DNA of 64,000 nt from Octopus sinensis (GCF_006345805.1 NC_043010.1:67890001-67954000), one strand, 5' to 3'; shown: positions 40,601-50,109, counted from the first letter of the stretch. Notes: generated from the sequence alone by a model not told the origin. Numbers and translations: made by a program.

Positions 40601-43600
40601 AGTTACTTCTGACAGAAATGATAGTTAATGATAGAAAACAGGAATAACATCATGAACAAAAAAAAGCACCCACTACACTCACGGAGTGGTTGGCGTTAGG
40701 AAGGGCATCCAGCTGTAGAAACATTGCCAAATTAGACTGGAGCCTGGTGCAGCCTTCTGGCTTCCCAGAACCCCGGTCGAACCGTCCAACCCATGCTAGC
40801 ATGGAGAACGGACGTTAAACGACGATGATGATGATGACTTCATGATAAATCACAACTGATTCAAAATAATTTCTGTATTTATTCTTCCTTATATACAGAT
40901 TCAAATTAATTGATAAAAAAAATATTTTTTGCATGGACATTGAAAAAAATTTGTATGTTAAGAGGTTAAGCTCTTTGCTCCCTACAAAGTACAGGCCATT
41001 GATGACTTTTCTTCACTGGCCTTCACTCTGAGTTATCTTTTTTCTTCTTATCTCAAGTTGTACTCCTGCTTTTTAGCTCCAATTTTGTTGCACTGAATCA
41101 GACGTTTCCTTGAAGGAAGGCCTTTCTCTCTCAGGTCTTGTTGGGTTTCAATCATTATCAATGTGAGCTGTCCCTTCCTCTCAAGTTGGGTCCCTACTTG
41201 TTAGCTCCAATTTTGTTGCACTGCATCAGATGTTTCCTTGAGAGAAGGCCTTCCTCTCATGATGAGTCCCTACTTTTTGGCTCCAATTTTGCTGCACTGC
41301 CTCAGATGTTCCCTTGAAAGAAGGCCTTCTCCCAAGTTCTGTTGGTTTTGAATCATCATTGATGCTTCTAAAACTTTGCTTCTTTTCTAGGTAGGAGTAT
41401 TGACTCTACACAAACCCATTTTCACCCCAGGCAAGATGCAGTCCATATTTGTCTGGCCTCTGTCTTTTGACTCGTCCAGCATGGGAGACCCTATTGGGGG
41501 ATTGTACACCCCTGGCATAGCTCTCTGGGTTATCGAGGCACACAAGCCATCACACTGCAACAAGGACTGGACCTTGTGATAGACATGTACATGTGAGCCG
41601 GGGTAAAATTTTTTGAGGATGACTGTTAGTTGTCTCCCCTCTTCGAGATACCATTATAACATGGTGAGAAGGAGATTTGAATCAGTGTTGCCACAGATGT
41701 TGCAGTCAGTATACAAAACACCACATCTTACCCAATCCTCTAACAATGTCTATCCCCAAAAGGAAGAACAGCATGAAGATTCCTAATTGTCCACAGCAGA
41801 GGTTCTCATGCACGAAATTGAAACATAGCACCAAAAGGTTTCCACATTTCTGTTCTAAATATTGGGTTGTCCGGAAAGTTCTTGCCAATTTTTAAAGGAA
41901 AGAAAAATGTGAATAAATACTCGCCATTCCATTTTTAATCAACCAAATATGAACCATTTTGTTGCACAATGTGTCTCCATCTTTCCTTTAACTTGAAAAT
42001 ACCCTCTTCCCAGAATTGAGGTGGTTTCATGGCAAAAAATTCATCAAGGTATCTTTTTACGTCATCCAAGGAATTGAAATTTTTACCATTAAGACCTACA
42101 GAGACCTGAATATGTGGAAATCTGAAGGAGCAATATCTGGTGAATATGGAGGGAGGGTAACATCCCAGCCGAGCTGCAGCAATTTTTGTTTGGTTCCCAA
42201 AGAATCAAGTGCTGAAAATGAACTTTCTTATCTTCCATTTTAAAAGGTTACATAATTAACACAGGTTATAGGAACATAAACTTTCTTCCAAGAAAAGATA
42301 GCTTAAACTGTGCTCTATATGGAGGTGTAGTCAAATCCTATTTTATGGATTCAACCATGTTCTAAATAAGTCAAAAGGTCAGCTACTATAAATTGGCATG
42401 CACTTTCCGGACAACCCAATAGCTTGATCTGCAAGAAATAGCAACTAAATCTCACTCAAATTACACCATACATCTTAAAAAGGATGTACTTTTGATAATG
42501 AAATCCTCAATATACACTCATGACCATCATTTTTTTAACATCTACTCTTCCAAGATTACATAGATCAGATGGAATTTATTGAGGCAAATTTTCTACAGCA
42601 GGATGCCCTTCCTGTTGCCAACCCTAATCCGTTTACAAAGTAAGGTAATATGTTTTCATAGTGAGACATGATGAGCATCTTTCAGTTTCCATCAACCAAA
42701 TCTGCTCACAAAGCTTTAGCCATCCCAAGGCAACAATAAAAGACAGTTGGGCAAGAAGTCATGCAGTGGGACTGAACCCAAAGCCATGTGGTTGGGATGC
42801 AAGGTCCTTAACGACACAGCAATGCCTCTGCCACACTACACATGAGAATAAAGAATGAAGTATGGATTGGATATTGGACCATAGGTCTGTTCAATTATGA
42901 TTAAGCTGGGATCTAAACAAGCTGAAATTTAATTTTAAAAAAAATAGAAATTAGTGGATTTTATTGGCTTACCTTAAAAACATCTTTGCCAATGGAAGGA
43001 TTCAGTAAACTGGCTTTTGAAGAGAAAGCACTGTATCTGCTTTTCCCAATAATGGACACAACACATACTTTAGAATTCTTTTGTGCCAAGTTACTGCAAA
43101 ATAACAAAGAAATACAGAATTATAGCATTGAGGATTTCCAAGACTGACTCTTCTTATTCACCAGAGAACCTGGTTTCAGGAAATAAATTGTTTGTTTTGA
43201 TACCAGCCCATGTGAGACTGCTCGAGATTCTGTGAAACAAACTTCAAGCGAAGTGATTAAAATCAAAATCTTTCATCAAAATTTCATGTTAAGTTCCAAA
43301 CCTCAGCTTAATCATCATCATCGTCGTTTAATGTCCACTTTCCATGCTGGCATGGGTTGGACAGTTTGACTGAGGACTGGCGAGCCAGAAGGCTGCATCA
43401 GGTTCCAATCTTGATCTGGCAGAGTTTCTACAGCTGGATGCCCTTCCTAAAAGTTATTTTACTAGATTCATTGTTTATTTTAGCATCCACTTTTCCGTTC
43501 TAGGATGGGGCGGATGGAATTCATTGAGGTAGGTTTTCTATGGCTGGATGTCCTTCTTGTTGCCAACCTACATCTGTTTCTAAGCAAAGTAATATTTCTC

Positions 43601-45906
43601 CATGGCCAGACATGTTTTCATGGAAGACTGGAAATGAACGACACTGTATGTACAACAGTGACACTCATTTACAACTATTGCATGATGTCAACATGAGGAG
43701 ACATTAACGCACAAACACACAGAGCAGGTTTCTTTCAGTTTCCATCTATCAAATCTACTCGCAAAGCTTTGGTTAGCTCAGGTTTAAAGAAGACACCTGC
43801 CCCAGGTGTCGTGCAGTGGGACTGAACCCAAAACCACATGGTTGGGAAGCAAATTTCTTAACTACACAGCTATGCCTTTATATCAGTGGCCAATGTAATT
43901 ACCTGAAACTCTTGCAGGTGGCGCTCCAGCATGGCTGCAGTGAAATAACTGAAGCCCATAATATAAAAGAACAAATGATACTAAATTTAAAACAAAAAGT
44001 TTAAAATGTTACAAATTACTGTATTTAGACATACAATTAAAGTGAAACTCAATAAAATATCAATGTCAGACATCAGTTTTAAAATACACCTAAAAATATA
44101 CTCTTTTACTTGTTTCAGTCATTTGACTGTGGCCATGCTGGAGTACCGCCTTTAGTCAAGCAAATAGACCCCAGGACTTATTCTTTGTAAGCCTAGGACT
44201 TATTCTATTGGCCTCATTTGCCAAACTGCTAAGTTATGGGGATGTAAACACACCAGCATCGGTTGTCAAGCAATGTTGGGGGAGACAAACACAGACACAC
44301 ACATATATACGACGGGCTTCTCTCAGTTTCCGTCTACCAAATCCACTCACAAGTCTTTGGTCGGCCCAAGGCTGTAGTAGAAGACACTTGCCCAAGGTGC
44401 CACGCAGTGGGACTGAACCCAGAACCAAGTGGTTGGTAAGCAAGCTACTTACCACACAGTCACTCCTGTGCCTATACTTTCTTCAATCTCATAGTCAGCT
44501 GTTAGAGTTTGTAGGTTTAGCACCAGGTCAGCCCAGGTCAGCCCTGGCTGAACAAAACTATAATTAAAAGTATTCCAGCTGTGTCTTTCATATATTAGAA
44601 ATTATACTGTACTAAGTTTGTTTCCTTATTTAAAATGGTAGGATGTGATTTGAGGGAAATTTAGATGCTATTTCAGGCACATCATATAGAAACTTCTCCA
44701 CATGAAATGATAGTATCCATGCATGTCCACACATACCCAGGTATATCGATTTTTGGTTCTAAAGTCATTACCAATTACTGATTTTTTTTCCAAATCAGAG
44801 GTGGTCACTTTGGTCAACACTATATATTAAATTTACTTAAAACAATTAAATGAAGTACGGTTACCCGTACATGAGTATAAATGATACAATTTTATAAATA
44901 CTGTATTGTGCAAGTTACCATTAAACTAGAGTGGCAACTACAGGAATTTGAAGTTCCTGCTAGCAGATTAGAGAGGATTATAAGCTGTTCAGTGTTACAC
45001 CTGTAATATATATATACACAAATTCATACACTTGGTCATTTCTGAGACAGTATGGAAGGAGAGTTGAATAAGCTTTGGTCAATTAATTCTAATAGATTGA
45101 ATTACAGGACAACTGAACTTATTCCATACTCTGACACAGGCTGTTAATTACTAACAGAACCTATTTGACTAAAGTCCAATTAAATAGTATCTCAACACTA
45201 ATAATATTTTGTTATTTCTCCGAATATCATTAAACATAATACCCAGTCATTTATTTATTTATTTATTCATAAAACTGTTTAATTTAAAAACGATAGTCAT
45301 CCCTACCATATTTAAAATGCATTAAACAAGCAAGCATTTACTTGGTCGGCAAAACTCCTATAAATATCTATCAAATATTCCTTCATATAACTTTTTACCA
45401 TTTTAAACAAGAAAAAAAGCCAACTGGATAATGTATCCCAACCGAGTGGCTACGTTTGGAATGCATCTGACGGAATTGTCTTGTCCGACTGGAGTTTAGA
45501 AATATTTCCGTGACGATGTACTACTATAATTATTTTGCTTTATTTTATTTTCGAGGAGAGCAAATTTCTATATTTTCCTGAGTTATTGTTGACCTTTCAA
45601 ATGAGATTCTTTCTCTGATTCTGAAAGTGTTGAGTCAACAGAGACACGAGGTAAAAGAACCAAAACGAAAACGAACGTAGGATCTTGCATGAAGCATAAA
45701 CAGCTCAGAAGTCGCATCTTGTGTAAAGAATACCAAAGAAAAAACACGAAAGTTGGAGCTTACAGAGTAAATCAGCAAGAATTATTTGGTATAATAAACA
45801 AAGGGTATGTTTATAAATATATGTATAAAGAGAGAGAGAGAAAATAAATAAGTAAGGCTTACGTTAAATCATATGGAGGAAATGGTTCGGTCAGACCAAG
45901 CGTCAT
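2468..45906 (-). CDS. SMG8: Nonsense-mediated mRNA decay factor SMG8, 22 coding exons, 888 aa (hand-assembled)
   Basis: Spliced translation matches remembered SMG8 motifs: VCVVSIIGK, LVHPGSSFD, ARPCSPRVLFVFQ, LQHAMEDQIYRLLRKSRV, LFAVPANQEFV, KGFDDNVG, WKSGRQLCEEISLTGQHC, AACNCGRKQ, EYLPDM..GLLPKFSSWSL, YIGVEYECPRGHRF, AQLMRVY, WVLRLP. All introns GT-AG; exon lengths sum to 2667 nt in one open frame. Confidence 0.96.
3326..3505 (-). CDS. SMG8: SMG8 exon 21 (TKGHMAQLMRVYAAPP..WVLRLP)
   Basis: ctgcag acceptor; weak CC|GTATCC donor needed to keep frame. Confidence 0.9.
3660..4165. mobile_element. Very AT-rich Penelope-like fragment (only the 3' half of a hammerhead, GAAACGTA at 3788-3795)
   Basis: Starts in (TA)n; tagccat-GAAAC-GT-A-tgtag present, CUGANGA absent. 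Confidence 0.35.
5137..5195 (-). CDS. SMG8: SMG8 exon 20 (DNAHKLLTSDMPLFCSCPC)
   Basis: attcag/GTAAGG; matches LNSDMPLY. Confidence 0.92.
5255..5545 (-). mobile_element. Family D tRNA-head SINE (copies at 15840-16165 +, 16395-16605 -)
   Basis: GAGTTCAATTCCCGG B-box, TTCTTGAGCAAGACACTTT block, shared 3' tail ..CATGGTCATTCATGACC. Confidence 0.82.
5874..6090. mobile_element. piggyBac-type MITE (TTAA..cagcatt..aatgctaaaggg-TTAA); relatives near 18400, 18900-19500, 35050, 39705
   Basis: TTAA termini, short TIRs, shared internal sequence among copies. Confidence 0.7.
6110..7375 (-). mobile_element. Decayed RTE-clade LINE (APE endonuclease and RT fragments, internally deleted)
   Basis: Fragments VCCVQEVRG, YKLFW..IGILLAE, FMPGRGTPDAIFLIRQLQEK and KWPCSICR; many stops and frameshifts. 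Confidence 0.88.
7647..7768 (-). CDS. SMG8: SMG8 exon 19 (..VRVYIGVEYECPRGHRFFSSGPDK..)
   Basis: tttcag/GTAAAT. Confidence 0.95.
7830..8290 (+). mobile_element. Family C retroposon module (AAAAGCACC..TGGTTGGCGTTAGGAAGGGCATCCAGCTGTAGAAAC..(GAT)n) with internal tandem subunits
   Basis: More than 15 copies in the window: 4270, 8720, 9480, 11935(-), 14255, 14810, 18605(-), 21190-21660, 25440-25845(-), 31420-32040, 34375(-), 37420-38480, 40661, 43315(-). Confidence 0.85.
9227..9361 (-). CDS. SMG8: SMG8 exon 18 (GLDLPGFFHGSNFLLPWDISLR..)
   Basis: tcttag/GTAACT. Confidence 0.93.
10783..10932 (-). CDS. SMG8: SMG8 exon 17 (..DRQHSTTEYLPDM..GLLPKFSSWSL..)
   Basis: ctgtag/GTGAGG. Confidence 0.95.
11023..11800 (-). 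mobile_element. RTE-clade LINE 3' fragment with about 4x reiterated 3' end
   Basis: KLKLGIFNL..PVLT.DHKCWVMTKR..IYAAE, RMSQERL, AFDRALWRRCLRS; ~89-bp terminal unit repeated at 11023-11348. Confidence 0.8.
12469..12868 (-). mobile_element. Non-autonomous Helitron
   Basis: Minus strand starts A|TCTATATAT and ends with hairpin CCCGAGCAACGCTGGG, 8 nt, CTAA|T; AT insertion, no TSD. Confidence 0.75.
13204..13308 (-). CDS. SMG8: SMG8 exon 16 (GQSGSSDLFAST..IRLTQP)
   Basis: ctgcag/GTAAAT; phase 1/1 fits neighbours. Confidence 0.88.
13411..13822 (-). mobile_element. Family B tRNA/CORE-type SINE, full length
   Basis: GGAGTGGCTGTGTGGTAAG head, GGTTCAGTCCC B-box, CCTT(C/G)GGCAAGTGTCTTCT CORE-like block, internal (TA/CA)n, (AAGAGT)n tail. 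Confidence 0.9.
13996..14197 (-). CDS. SMG8: SMG8 exon 15 (AANFEFYDSMEKSCC..LSLALSL)
   Basis: ttgtcag/GTAAGG. Confidence 0.94.
15393..15533 (-). CDS. SMG8: SMG8 exon 14 (LHRLP..AACNCGRKQADKEDPFNHE)
   Basis: ttgtcag/GTAACT. Confidence 0.95.
17166..17321 (-). CDS. SMG8: SMG8 exon 13 (FNQAKRVFAQYARG..CEEISLTGQHCVNP)
   Basis: tttcag/GTGAGG. Confidence 0.95.
17452..17632 (-). mobile_element. Penelope-like pLTR fragment with degenerate minimal hammerhead (17537-17582)
   Basis: Minus strand gacac-CTGATGA-aagctgg..tcagcc-GAAAC-ATT-gtgtt; followed by (AAT)n. Confidence 0.6.
19012..19425 (+). mobile_element. Family B SINE, full length, inserted into a MITE
   Basis: As above; MITE sequence resumes at about 19425. 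Confidence 0.9.
19581..19668 (-). CDS. SMG8: SMG8 exon 12 (RCNKVLPVAETAYQEGLPTHYTNSYHLSK)
   Basis: ccacag/GTGAGT. Confidence 0.94.
19970..20200 (-). mobile_element. Family A SINE monomer (similar copies at 23520-23745, 32470-32700)
   Basis: Same head, domain and tail as the other family A copies. Confidence 0.88.
20670..20809 (-). CDS. SMG8: SMG8 exon 11 (MATASTWFTLASKLY..LDVDIRFSE)
   Basis: cttcag/GTAAGG. Confidence 0.94.
22805..23150 (+). mobile_element. RTE-like LINE 3' fragment
   Basis: RHLRWLGHALR..RKRCGGQ*KTW..YGVRRWNKEW; ends caaatcaagtc. Confidence 0.75.
23933..24144 (-). CDS. SMG8: SMG8 exon 10 (..FHDFLWPHIELAFNKGFDDNVGKRQVPALFE)
   Basis: ttctcag/GTGGGT. Confidence 0.94.
25223..25356 (-). 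CDS. SMG8: SMG8 exon 9 (NNSLFAVPANQEFVFI..DPVAYFLLQLR..)
   Basis: ctgcag/GTAAGT. Confidence 0.95.
26143..26517 (-). mobile_element. Family B SINE
   Basis: As above; inverted partner at 24858-25085. Confidence 0.88.
27140..28870 (-). mobile_element. Decayed Tc1-family transposon (DD34E remnants), interrupted around 27940-28290
   Basis: Remnants PPLTLRHR, VLFTDET, LVFMHDNAPSH and SPDLSPIENLWSI in broken frames; ends approximate. Confidence 0.8.
30085..30173 (-). CDS. SMG8: SMG8 exon 8 (RNPPLKRLQHAMEDQIYRLLRKSRVITNI)
   Basis: tttcag/GTACAG; not in ORF track. Confidence 0.95.
30560..31420 (+). mobile_element. RTE-clade LINE RT/thumb 3' fragment
   Basis: WLCMICRKGV..CKLWIHKRCS, LEVVDNFCYLGD, WAKFRELLPLL..KGLSLRAKGRLYEACV, WYGNVMRMD; frameshifted. 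Confidence 0.9.
32138..32300 (-). CDS. SMG8: SMG8 exon 7 (..EWYLSARPCSPRVLFVFQ..)
   Basis: tttcag/GTAAGA. Confidence 0.94.
33425..33810 (-). mobile_element. Family B SINE
   Basis: As above. Confidence 0.9.
34047..34114 (-). CDS. SMG8: SMG8 exon 6 (LVHPGSSFDTSFIRIFRILDTL)
   Basis: ttttcag/GTATAG. Confidence 0.94.
35334..35417 (-). CDS. SMG8: SMG8 exon 5 (DFHTIWETEEFHHAKTWLLLFCVSHIVL)
   Basis: AAG/GTAAGT; matches HEFWKH..LLYLFSVCHILL. Confidence 0.92.
35790..35950. repeat. (TG)n compound microsatellite with repeated cagtatgtg spacer
   Basis: Direct inspection. Confidence 0.9.
36210..36408 (-). mobile_element. piggyBac-type MITE, truncated inverted copy
   Basis: Reverse complement of 36497-36705, roughly 85-90% identical by eye. 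Confidence 0.8.
36478..36705 (+). mobile_element. piggyBac-type MITE (TTAA-CCCTTT..AAAAGG-TTAA)
   Basis: TTAA flanks and short TIRs; inverted sister copy at 36210-36408. Confidence 0.8.
37751..37873 (-). CDS. SMG8: SMG8 exon 4 (DEIEYYYDTSNHVVYLHYSSLLD..)
   Basis: tttccag/GTACGT; matches QAYYSQESKVLYL region. Confidence 0.9.
39563..39598 (-). CDS. SMG8: SMG8 exon 3, 36-nt microexon (SLDESFINGIAE)
   Basis: Strong pyrimidine tract + CAG, GTATGG donor, phase 0/0; lies in a poorly conserved region. Confidence 0.7.
40431..40965. mobile_element. piggyBac-type MITE (TTAA TSD, 12-bp TIR CCTCTTAACATA) hosting a palindrome and a SINE fragment
   Basis: TTAA 40427-30 + TIR; perfect reverse TIR 40954-65 + TTAA 40966-69. 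Confidence 0.85.
41420..41580 (-). mobile_element. Probable RTE 5' UTR fragment
   Basis: Resembles RTE 5' ends as recalled (GGTCTCCCATGCTGGAC..AGAGGCCAGAC). Confidence 0.35.
41862..42419 (-). mobile_element. Internally deleted mariner element with 30-bp TIRs and TA target duplication
   Basis: TA-ttgggttgtccggaaagt..actttccggacaacccaa-TA; inside GWDV..PPYSPDIAPSDFHIFRSL..KERWRHIVQQNGSYLVD*. Confidence 0.93.
42973..43093 (-). CDS. SMG8: SMG8 exon 2 (NLAQKNSKVCVVSIIGKSR..KDVFK)
   Basis: ttttgcag acceptor, GTAAGC donor; G-domain P-loop-like strand. Confidence 0.93.
44101..44470 (-). mobile_element. Family B SINE
   Basis: As above. Confidence 0.9.
45863..45906 (-). CDS. SMG8: SMG8 exon 1 (MTLGLTEPFPPYDL)
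   Basis: ATG at 45906, GTAAGC donor; phase 2 joins exon 2 in frame. Confidence 0.8.
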
Positions 45907-46010
45907 GATTGAAATAAAGTTGTTGGAACGGAAATAGAAGGGAGATAACTCTTAGGCGTTTTTCCCGAACTTCTTGACTTTATATAGTAAAAGTTTAATG
46001 CAAGAAAAGT

Positions 46011-46421
46011 GGCGAGTTGGCAGAATCGTTAAGCACGCCGGGCGAAATGCGTAGCTGTATTTCGTCTGCCGTTACGTTCTGAGTTCAAATTCCGCCGAGG
46101 TCGACTTTGCCTTTCATCCTTTCGGGGTTGATAAATTAAGTACCAGTTACGCACTGTGGTCGATGTAATCGACTTAATCCGTTTATCTGTCCTTGTTTGT
46201 CCCCTCTGTGTTTAGCCACCTTCTGGGTAGTAAAGAAATAGGTATTTCGTTTGTCTTTACATTCTGAGTTCAAATTCCACCGAGGTCGACTTTACCTTTC
46301 ATCCTTTCGGGGTCGATAAATTAAGTACCAGTTACGCACCAGTGCGTAACTGTAATCGACTTAATCCCTTTGTCCTTGTTTGTCCCCTCTATGTTTAGCC
46401 CCTTGTGGGCAATAAAGAAAT
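46011..46421 (+). mobile_element. Family A tRNA-derived SINE (Nin/Deu-like central domain), dimer with ~30-bp TSD
   Basis: Head GGCGAG.TGGCAGAATCG, B-box GAGTTCAAATTCC, domain CTTTCATCCTTTCGGGGTCGATAAA; tatatagtaa(a)agtttaa.gcaagaaaagt duplicated. Confidence 0.88.
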
Positions 46422-46714
46422 ATATATAGTAAAGTTTAACGCAAGAAAAGTGGCGAGTAGGCAGAATCGTTAGCGCGTCGGTCAAAAATGCTTCGTGAGT
46501 TCGAATTCCGCCGAGGTCGACTACGTTTTTAATACTTTCGAGGATCGATAGAATGAGTGAAATAAATATCAGTTGAGTAATAAATATCATGTCGATGTAA
46601 TAGTCTTCCTGTCTTCAAATTTGCCGGCCTTTTGCCAAGGTGGTGAGCTGGCAGAATCGTTAGCGCATCGAACCCGGACCAAATGCTTCGTGGCATTTTG
46701 TCTATTCTTTTATT

Positions 46715-47215
46715 GGTTTCGGTCATTTTGACTGCGGCCATGCTGGAGTACCACCTTTAGTCGAGCAAATCGACCTCCAGGACTTATTCTTTGTAAGCCT
46801 AGTACTTATTCTATCGGTCTCTTTTTGCCGAACCGCTAGGTTGCGGGGGCGTAAACACACCAGCATGGATGTCAAGCGATGTTGGGGGACACACACACAC
46901 ACATATATTGATAAAGATGGTAAGACAACAAAAGAATGAGAGAGACCTCGATATTATGTAAATAGAGGAATTTATCTGTAAATGTAATATGTGACAATTA
47001 TTCGGTAGCCATGATAAAACTCCGAGGTGGAAATCCACGCCGCCATCTCTTCATGGCGGCATCCGAAACTCGGAGTTTTATCATGGCTACCGAATAACTG
47101 TCACATATTACATTTACACCCACACACACATATATATGACGGGCTTCTTTCAGTTTCCGTCTACCAAATCTACTCACAAGTCTTTGGTCGACCTGAGGCT
47201 ATAGTAGAAAGCCCT
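46715..47215 (-). mobile_element. Family B SINE interrupted in its microsatellite linker by a palindromic insert (46905-47118)
   Basis: SINE halves flank the insert. Confidence 0.85.
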
Positions 47216-47893
47216 TGCCTAAGGGTTTCGAATGGAAACCAGGAAAAAAGTCATAGGGAAAAAAGTGCTATGTGTAGTTACAAGAATATAATTTGTGTTA
47301 CTCGACGGGAGAACCACAAGACCGTGGCAGAATTTCTTCTCGGCGTTGGGTGGAATATTCGTCCGTTTGTAAATGATTAAAATGTCACCAATCTTTATTT
47401 TCATATATAACATATTAACATGTGCATTATCATTGTCATTTTTATAAGATTTTGCTGGCAAATTCTTAAATCAAAATAAACATTTATATATATGAAAGAA
47501 AATTACCGGAGAACTGTTTTCTAATTCTCCCAAAATTTTTCTGTTAAAACTATTGAAACCATTTGTGGGAAATTTTATTATTATTATATATACTCGTCGG
47601 TGACCGGTAATAAAGTTACAGGAAAAAAAAGTCACAATTTTTGCTAGGAAAAAAGTCACAACTAATTTATGGTGGTCGGTAATAAAGTCACAAGAAACAA
47701 AAAGTCACAATTAATTTGGGGATCTGGACCCCCCCCCCTCGGAGCAGCACGGAGTTTTGTCAGTGAATAGGTCGCGGACTCAAAGCGACGAAAATATTTT
47801 GACAAATTGAATTTAAATGTTGAAGTGAATCTAACGGGTTTTGTGTGTTTCTTAAATTTAAATGGCTTATAAACACCTTCCACGCTGCAAGTG

Positions 47894-48312
<419 letters not shown>

Positions 48313-48859
48313 ATGGATCTTGAAATTATGTAATATGTGTGCACTGACAATTTTTTTCACTTCGTATTAAAATTTTTTACTATAATCGTAATTTACACAA
48401 TCTGAAAGCTATTCATAGAAAATTTTATTTCAAAACATATCTAGCTTCCCGAAAGTTATGAGGAAACAAAGTCGATTGCTGGGGTACGATTGTGTAGGTA
48501 TGCCGGGATGGTTTATGCAAATATGATGCAACCGGGGTGGTCGGACGGACCGCGTAGAGATTCCTTCATTAGTTCGTTTTATTTAATTCCTGTAAGAGAA
48601 AGACTAAAGAAAATTAAAAACATAGTCGATACTTTGAATGTATATAAAAAAAAAGTCGATCGAATAAAACCGCCACATTTCGGCGACGACGACGACGTCC
48701 CCCGTTTCAGACGGATTCTCGGATGAGCCATTAATGGCTGCAGTCCAGAGACTGTGGAAGGACTGAGGGAGAATTGTGGATGTTGAAGCGAAATGTAAGT
48801 ATTGGAAATGGTTTATTGTAAGAAAAAAGTAAGAAAAAGAATGAGAAAAAGTTCGATTA

Positions 48860-49460
48860 ATGTGTATGTATGTGTATATGTCTATATGTCCGTATGCGCC
48901 GGAGCACGCGGATATGAGTATGTGTGTGTGTTTGTATGTATGTATGTATGTATGTATGTATGTATGTATGTATGTATGTATGTATGTATGTATGTTGTGT
49001 GTGTGTGTGTGTGTGCATGTATGTATGTATGTATGTATGCATGTGTGTGTGTGTGTGTGTGGCATGTATGTATGTATGTATGTGTGTATGTATGTATGTA
49101 TGTATGTATGTATGTATGTATGTATGTATGTATGTGTGTGTGTATGTATGTATATATGTATGTATGTATGTATTTATGTATGTATGTATGTATGTATGTA
49201 TGTATGTATGTATGTAGGTATGTATGTATGTGTGTGTGTGTGTGTGAGTGTATGTATGTATGTATGTATGTGTGTGTGTATGTATGTATGTATACGTATG
49301 TAGTATGTATGTATGTATGTATGAATGTATGTATGTGTGTATGTATGTATGTATGTATATATGTATGTATGTATTGTGTATGTATGTATGTATGTATGTA
49401 TGTGTATATATATTTATATATATATGTGTGTGTGTGTGTGCCTGTGTGTGTGTGTGCACG
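48860..49460. repeat. Long (TATG)n/(TG)n microsatellite, about 600 bp
   Basis: Direct inspection. Confidence 0.97.
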
Positions 49461-49584
49461 CGCTAAAAACGTGATATTTCGCCTTTACTTATATATACAT
49501 ATAACTGATGTAGGTTTTTATCTTTATACACGTTGTATATAAGAAAAATGTAGATATTGGAGTGATTGAAACATTATAACAATG

Positions 49585-49740
49585 CGTATATACATACATA
49601 GACACATGCATACATTACAAATCTGCACACATACACACATACATACATACATGCATGCATACATACATGCATGCATACATACATACGCACATACATTACA
49701 TACGCACATACATTACATACATACATACATACATACAAAA
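49585..49740. repeat. (CATA)n microsatellite, opposite polarity to 48860-49460
   Basis: Direct inspection. Confidence 0.93.
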
Positions 49741-49955
49741 TACCCTGTTGTTGGTGTTGAAATTCCAATGAAGGAGCCTTGGATCTAGGTTAGAAACCGG
49801 TTCTTTCTCTATTGGCAAGAAATCTTGAAATAAAACTGAACAATGACACGCACACACACATACACGTTTATATTTATACACACATACCTATATATATATG
49901 TATATGCACATGTGTATATAAATGTGTGTGAGCACCTATACAAGTGTACCCCCAC

Positions 49956-50109
49956 CGCCCGACTTTTGTTTCCTCATAACTTTCAGAAAAATGGCTATTT
50001 TTTTTAATGAAATTTTCACAAATACCTTTCAGACGATGTAGATTACGATTATATTAGAATTTAATGTAGAAAAAATGGTGGGCACACACTCATATATCCT
50101 GAAAATTTG

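Noticed and set aside
45585-45650. F-box-like peptide IVDLSNEILSLILKVL on + strand
   Set aside because: In-frame stop immediately upstream, GAG acceptor, no other exons; likely chance
49760-49810. CCAATGA..GAAACCGGT hammerhead-like layout
   Set aside because: Two core positions wrong and stems I/II poor; at best a very decayed relic
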